A DNA stretch of 32,000 nt from Candidatus Saccharimonadota bacterium (lineage in GTDB: Bacteria > Patescibacteriota > Microgenomatia > UBA1406 > GWC2-37-13), in NCBI GenBank assembly GCA_016700135.1, contig CP065004.1, positions 210,001-242,000 of the forward strand, in the 5' to 3' direction. This document shows positions 31,044 to 32,000 of the stretch, one piece after another. Numbering within the stretch: position 1 is the first letter of the stretch; every line of letters begins with the position of its first letter. The notes beneath the pieces were generated by a model. It did not search any database, was not told the origin of the DNA, and saw only the letters and a program-made list of their open reading frames with translations. A program made the position numbers and the translations under genes.

Positions 31044-31397
31044 TTATGACTCACACCATCTTTTTACAGCGTCCTCCAATGACTTTACAAAAAGATACTC
31101 CCCCCGTTTGTTACTTTCATAAATGAACTCTTTCAGTATTTTGCTGGGATAAGCTTCAAAATCTCCGATTACGGCAAGCTTTACGAAGTATGTCGTGAAT
31201 TTTTGAAGAATTGATCCCAGTTTCCTTGTACTGAGATCGAAGAAATCCCTTTCAAAATTGGAGTCAGACAAAACAATATATTGAGCCCCGGCATTTGCCA
31301 TAAGATCCAGCGCATCCTGTTCATTTCTGATGAGTATATCATCCGATATGACTTGGACAATTTCATGCTCGCCTGCCGCGATTCTTTTGAGTTCCAT
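31044..31397 (-). CDS. DUF4180 domain protein; intact.
   Basis: 117 aa. Its length and pattern (DALDLMANAGAQYIVLSDSNFERDFFDLSTRKLGSILQKFTTYFVKLAVIGDF...YESNKRGEYLFV) fit DUF4180. Confidence 0.65.
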   Translation of the reverse strand: MELKRIAAGEHEIVQVISDDILIRNEQDALDLMANAGAQYIVLSDSNFERDFFDLSTRKLGSILQKFTTYFVKLAVIGDFEAYPSKILKEFIYESNKRGEYLFVKSLEDAVKRWCES

Positions 31398-31403
31398 ACT
31401 CTG

Positions 31404-31412
31404 ATAATAACA
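31404..31412 (-). promoter_or_regulatory. Extended -10 box (TGtTATTAT) for the DUF4180 gene; predicts a leaderless mRNA.
   Basis: On the minus strand, TGTTATTAT is followed by 6 nt (CAGAGT) and then the ATG at 31397. Confidence 0.45.
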
Positions 31413-31446
31413 AATATTGCTGTAAAAGCAAAAATCAATATATCGC

Positions 31447-31476
31447 TTGACAATATATCGACTGTCGATATATAAT
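31447..31476 (+). promoter_or_regulatory. PadR-gene promoter with an embedded 21-bp perfect palindrome (candidate autoregulatory operator).
   Basis: TTGACA (31447-31452), an 18-nt spacer, then TATAAT (31471-31476). The palindrome ATATATCGAC-T-GTCGATATAT (31453-31473) fills the spacer and overlaps the -10 box. The ATG at 31483 is 6 nt after the -10 box. Confidence 0.6.
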
Positions 31477-31482
31477 ACTTTT

Positions 31483-31818
31483 ATGCATCAGTCATTATCA
31501 CAATCTGAGTTTTATATACTGCTTTCTCTTGCCATAAAAAACCGGCACGGATACGAAATTATGAAGCAGGTAGAAAAAGATTCAGGAAAAAAAGTTCTTC
31601 TCGGTCCCGGAACGCTATACGGATCAATCAAGCGTATGCTTGAATCCGAACTTATTCACGAAGTCCCCGGTGACAATGCCAGACGCAAATATTATGCACT
31701 AACCGAAAAAGGCAGACAGTCATTGTCTTTTGAACTACAACGATACAACGATGCCGTGGAGCTTGCAAAAAGGAAAGACATATTCAAAAATCTCGGGCTT
31801 GTTCAGTTGGCCATTTAA
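31483..31818 (+). CDS. PadR family transcriptional regulator; intact.
   Basis: LSQSEFYILLSLAIKNRHGYEIMKQVEKDSGKKVLLGPGTLYGSIKRMLESELI...RRKYYALTEKGRQ is a winged-helix PadR signature. The ORF is open from 31447, but that stretch is the promoter. Confidence 0.85.
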   Translation: MHQSLSQSEFYILLSLAIKNRHGYEIMKQVEKDSGKKVLLGPGTLYGSIKRMLESELIHEVPGDNARRKYYALTEKGRQSLSFELQRYNDAVELAKRKDIFKNLGLVQLAI

Positions 31819-31821
31819 TGT

Positions 31822-32000
31822 ATGGATTCTAACACAATACTGAGATCGGAACGTATTTATAAGTTCATTCTCAAACTTTATCCCCGCCAATACCGCGAAG
31901 AATTCGGAAAGGAGATGCAGTTTGTATTTTCTGAAACTCTGAAAGATTCTTACGAACAAAACGGCACACAGGGAATTATCAGTTTTTGGACACGGACGAT
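31822..32000 (+). CDS. PadR-associated protein; only the N-terminal part is in the window (partial).
   Basis: The ATG at 31822 lies 3 nt after the padR stop. It translates to MDSNTILRSERIYKFILKLYPRQYREEFGKEMQFVFSETLKD. The LYP..YR.EFG.EM pattern is typical of the N-termini of membrane proteins encoded downstream of PadR regulators. Confidence 0.5.
   Translation, partial: MDSNTILRSERIYKFILKLYPRQYREEFGKEMQFVFSETLKDSYEQNGTQGIISFWTRT

Noticed and set aside
1-32000. Stop-codon reassignment (UGA as Gly or Trp, codes 25 or 4) as the explanation for the fragmented ORFs.
   Set aside because: Consecutive fragments of the same gene lie in different reading frames, so the breaks are not in-frame stops. 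Intact genes of normal length end at TGA, TAA and TAG (for example 27552, 14585 and 16147 end in TGA).

Overview
This is a densely coding, AT-rich window (about 40% GC by eye) holding roughly 40 genes that read under the standard genetic code. I recognised no tRNA, CRISPR array, transposase, integrase or prophage block.

Recognisable content:
- A stand-alone 5S rRNA gene with its own promoter.
- Many signalling genes: 4 histidine kinases, 4 response regulators, an ECF sigma factor and a PadR regulator.
- Two translationally coupled multi-module GH130 glycoside phosphorylase/hydrolase genes, next to a PQQ-type sugar dehydrogenase.
- Nucleases and repair genes: DUF2130, a Cas4-like PD-(D/E)XK nuclease and Tag glycosylase.
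- Envelope and transport genes: DUF389, YihY, DUF218, polysaccharide deacetylase, a CAP-domain secreted protein, CDF and MFS transporters.
- Several membrane-anchored hypothetical proteins.

The gene content and the unlinked 5S gene are compatible with an uncultivated small-genome bacterium (Patescibacteria/CPR-like). That placement is a low-confidence inference.

Two window-wide observations dominate:
1. Almost every gene between 1 and about 26.1 kb is broken by frame changes at short homopolymer runs, while the last 5.7 kb is perfectly intact. I therefore report merged gene models and flag the breaks. This is most likely a sequence-quality mosaic, but that needs to be verified.
2. Many first-in-unit genes have a (TGn)TATAAT-like box only 6-10 nt upstream of the ATG and no Shine-Dalgarno sequence, which suggests leaderless mRNAs. 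Some internal genes do carry clear GGAGG-type sites.

I did not find a clear-cut new multi-gene system such as a defence island. The best candidates for follow-up are the 4-module GH130 pair plus PQQ dehydrogenase, the DUF4180 / PadR / membrane-protein / MFS locus with two perfect palindromes, and the seven-gene co-directional run (four two-component genes plus YihY, DUF218 and a kinase).
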